Source of the DNA: Candidatus Woesearchaeota archaeon
Lineage (GTDB): Archaea; Nanobdellota; Nanobdellia; SCGC-AAA011-G17; UBA489
DNA length: 64,000 bases
Reading direction: 5' to 3'
Assembly (NCBI GenBank): GCA_018655015.1
Contig: JABIKK010000011.1
Span: 1,323 to 65,322 of the forward strand
Part shown: one piece after another, positions 61,779 to 64,000 of the stretch
Layout of the letters: each line of letters starts with the position of its first letter
Numbering within the stretch: position 1 is the stretch's first letter
The notes under the pieces: generated by a model
What the model was told of the DNA's origin: nothing
Databases searched by the model: none
What the model saw: the letters and a program-made list of their open reading frames with translations, nothing else
Made by a program: the position numbers and the translations under genes

Positions 61779-62534
61779 TTAAGAAAATAATTTTTGGTAG
61801 TTAAGATAAATATTATTGGTAACTTCTTTTACATCCATTTGTTTTATCTCTGCTATTTTGTTTAATGTTTGTTTAATGAAGCTGGGTTCACACCGAGTTT
61901 CTCCTGCAGGAGATAAAAAAGGCGCATCTGTTTCAGTTAGTATATTATTTATTGAAGTTTGTTCAACAATTCCTTGGAAGTGTTGACTTTTGTCTATATT
62001 GGCCGGTATTGACATTGTCCAGTTATTTGCTTCAATCCTTTTAGCAAGTTTAAAACTACCCGAGAAGCAATGAAAGTTAACTTTCTTTACTTCCAATTCT
62101 TCTAAAATTTCTACACATTCTTTTTCTGCTTTCCTTGAATGGATAACAAATGTTTTGTTAAGGTCTTTTAATGAAGTAATTATTTTTTTGAAAACTTCTA
62201 TTTGTCTTTGTTGTTGTTTTGGTTCTGTTGTTAACTTAAAGTCTAAACCAATTTCCCCTATCCCAACTACCTTATCTTTGTTTGATTTAATGAACTCAAT
62301 TTCTTTGTCCAGTTCTTCTTCTGATAACTTTAATGCAGTAGTAGGATATAACCCCAGTGTGGCTCTGACAATTTTGTATTTCTCAGAAAGTTCTAAGACC
62401 TTTACATTTGATTCGTGATCTGTTCCTGCATTAACTATTGCAACTAGGCCATTGGCTTCTGCCCTCTTAATCGCTTCTTCTCTATCTTCATCAAACTGTG
62501 GAAAGTAGAGGTGGCAGTGAACGTCAACTATCAT
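61779..62534 (-). CDS. TatD-family metal-dependent hydrolase/DNase
   Basis: MIVDVHCHL, GEIGLDF, VIHSR, HCFSGS, ETDAPFL motifs. Confidence 0.88.
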   Translation of the reverse strand: MIVDVHCHLYFPQFDEDREEAIKRAEANGLVAIVNAGTDHESNVKVLELSEKYKIVRATLGLYPTTALKLSEEELDKEIEFIKSNKDKVVGIGEIGLDFKLTTEPKQQQRQIEVFKKIITSLKDLNKTFVIHSRKAEKECVEILEELEVKKVNFHCFSGSFKLAKRIEANNWTMSIPANIDKSQHFQGIVEQTSINNILTETDAPFLSPAGETRCEPSFIKQTLNKIAEIKQMDVKEVTNNIYLNYQKLFS

Positions 62535-62568
62535 GATCTGTTTAATGTTAACTCATTTAAAAGATTTC

Positions 62569-63765
62569 TTAGAATGAGAAGAATGGTTTTAGAATGAACA
62601 GTAATAGTTGCCATAGGTAAGGCGCTAGATTAATTAATATTAGTAGAACTGAGACTAAACTTACTATTGACCAGTATTTTTTGGCTTTTTTCTCATTTTT
62701 AGTTACAAAGGTTAATCCAGTTAATAGCATTCGTCCGCCATCTACAAGCCCAAGAGGTAGAAGATTAAATAATCCGACTCCCCAGCTTACGACCCATAAC
62801 CAAAAGAATAACATGTGGGTCCAATCAACTAATTGTGGTACTGAAGCACCATATTTAGCTACGACTTCTTCATTGGGCGACCTATTAATCATAAAATTAG
62901 AAACTCCAATGAACCCCTTGCTTGAATTTTCTGGATTCTGTGCGGCGACTATACTAAAGTCTCCCTTGTTAGTCCCGACTATCGCTTCATCACCTGGCTT
63001 TAAATTAACTGTTGATTCTGCAAAATCATTGTAATCATTTATTTCTTGGCCATTGAATTGAATAATTGTGAAAGGAATTTCTACATCTGTTTCTTGCATT
63101 GGATACCCATCAAGAATTCCATTAACAGTGATACCATCTGAATCGAATACTGCCGCTTGTAGTGGGAGTGTTATGAATGTCATTACTGCAATGAATAAAA
63201 ATCCAGTTAGAATATTAGAGAATGGTCCTGCTGAAAAGACTGCAAGTTGTACATTTTTTTTCTTTTTGGATAGCTGCTTTTCATCTGGTTCAACAAATGC
63301 TGCTAAGATTGGTCCAAATAATGCAAATCCTGAACTTTTTACTTTGATATTGTATAACCTTGCAAAAATACCGTGTGAAAACTCATGAATTGTTGCAATG
63401 ATTAAAATTGCGATAATCCAATGCATGAATGAAAGAACTGGAAGTCCTGGCATTACTTTAATTCCTGGAAGGACTGGTGCAACTGCGGGAGGGGCTCCTG
63501 CGATGAATAATAAATCAAAGGTTCCTTTGAATAACCAATAGAAAATTAGGACCATTCCGATAAATCCAGTAATTATACTGATGTATCCTAAAAATTTTAA
63601 AATTCTTGGACAAACCTTTGCAATTTTATCCATTAGTTTTAAACCTAGTTTAGTTTTGTATAATGCAACAATTTTACCATGAAACTCAAATTTTGATTTG
63701 TTCTTCGTGATGTATAAAACAAGTAACGCGTAGAATACTAGTGCTAAGGTTAAATCTAAATTCAT
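62569..63765 (-). CDS. site-2 protease family (M50) membrane metalloprotease with PDZ-like insert
   Basis: HEFSHG (HExxH) within a TM helix, plus NLLPLGLVDGG. A central soluble segment is consistent with a PDZ domain. Confidence 0.85.
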   Translation of the reverse strand: MNLDLTLALVFYALLVLYITKNKSKFEFHGKIVALYKTKLGLKLMDKIAKVCPRILKFLGYISIITGFIGMVLIFYWLFKGTFDLLFIAGAPPAVAPVLPGIKVMPGLPVLSFMHWIIAILIIATIHEFSHGIFARLYNIKVKSSGFALFGPILAAFVEPDEKQLSKKKKNVQLAVFSAGPFSNILTGFLFIAVMTFITLPLQAAVFDSDGITVNGILDGYPMQETDVEIPFTIIQFNGQEINDYNDFAESTVNLKPGDEAIVGTNKGDFSIVAAQNPENSSKGFIGVSNFMINRSPNEEVVAKYGASVPQLVDWTHMLFFWLWVVSWGVGLFNLLPLGLVDGGRMLLTGLTFVTKNEKKAKKYWSIVSLVSVLLILINLAPYLWQLLLFILKPFFSF

Positions 63766-63790
63766 ATTTTTCCTCTTTTAGTTATTATGA

Positions 63791-63967
63791 CTACTTACCA
63801 GACACTTTGATTTTTCTTAGTGCTCTGAAACTTTTTCCACCACAAGATCTGCACTTGACAGATTTTAATACAACTTTGATTGGAGAAGTTCTTTGTTTAG
63901 CTTTACATCTCTTACAAACAAATATCCCCTTTATTTTTCTTTGTTCAGCTTCTTTGAATTTTGCCAT
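63791..63967 (-). CDS. rpl40e: 50S ribosomal protein L40e (not in ORF track, 58 aa)
   Basis: MAKFKEAEQRKIKGIFVCKRCKAKQRTSPIKVVLKSVKCRSCGGKSFRALRKIKVSGK is a basic CxxC...CxxC zinc ribbon. It fits the L40e pattern (EA..R...K.IC.KC.A......KCR.CG...LR.K). Confidence 0.65.
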   Translation of the reverse strand: MAKFKEAEQRKIKGIFVCKRCKAKQRTSPIKVVLKSVKCRSCGGKSFRALRKIKVSGK

Positions 63968-64000
63968 ATTAATCCTTCTTTATTTGTTTCATTACCTTGT

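Noticed and set aside
1-64000. Looked for rRNA genes, CRISPR arrays, cas genes, transposases/integrases, inteins and tRNA introns
   Set aside because: None found by eye. The three tRNAs fold without introns, and no long direct or inverted terminal repeats were seen.

Overview
AT-rich, gene-dense 64 kb window of about 75 protein genes and 3 tRNAs. I found no rRNA, CRISPR array, cas gene or transposase. The gene content is archaeal: ribosomal proteins L15e, L40e, L1, P0 and P1; Orc1/Cdc6; ATP-dependent DNA ligase; GatD/GatE; archaeal-type ProRS, AspRS and AlaRS; FtsZ; and class III (prepilin-type) signal peptides. TATA-like octamers sit about 22-32 nt upstream of many start codons, which suggests leaderless or short-leader transcripts. 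A minority of genes instead carry strong GGAGGTG Shine-Dalgarno sites. The compact genes, many secreted or surface proteins and several bacterial-looking genes (LeuRS core, Tag, RluA-type pseudouridine synthase, UppP, FmrO-type rRNA methyltransferase, lipobox nuclease) suggest a small-genome DPANN-like archaeon; that is inference. Housekeeping blocks are proS; asnS-aspS-gatE-gatD; ftsZ; lig; argS; alaS/leuS; a tRNA-Arg/tRNA-Cys pair; the L1-P0-P1 operon; and orc1/cdc6. Accessory regions of interest: (1) a type IV pilus-like locus at 23.5-32.6 kb with six prepilin-like genes, a membrane/wHTH protein, a secretion ATPase, a split TadB/TadC-like platform and a KaiC-like ATPase. (2) Three adjacent stem-loops with different stems but an identical CGGCTAA loop, upstream of ftsZ. 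(3) A divergent module at 56.8-58.4 kb in which two paralogous CARF/Csa3-like sensor-domain proteins flank a secreted SNase-type nuclease and share one palindromic TATA. (4) An FmrO (ArmA/RmtB-like) 16S rRNA methyltransferase homolog. (5) A transmembrane HAMP-DUF835-wHTH one-component regulator next to a miniature archaeosortase-like gene, and two large acidic CARDB-like surface proteins. (6) Unusual versions of core genes: GatE without its insertion domain, P0 with a PEK-rich repeat and no canonical tail, and a bacterial-type LeuRS with an archaeal-looking C-terminal tail. All family assignments come from motif recognition by eye, not database searches.
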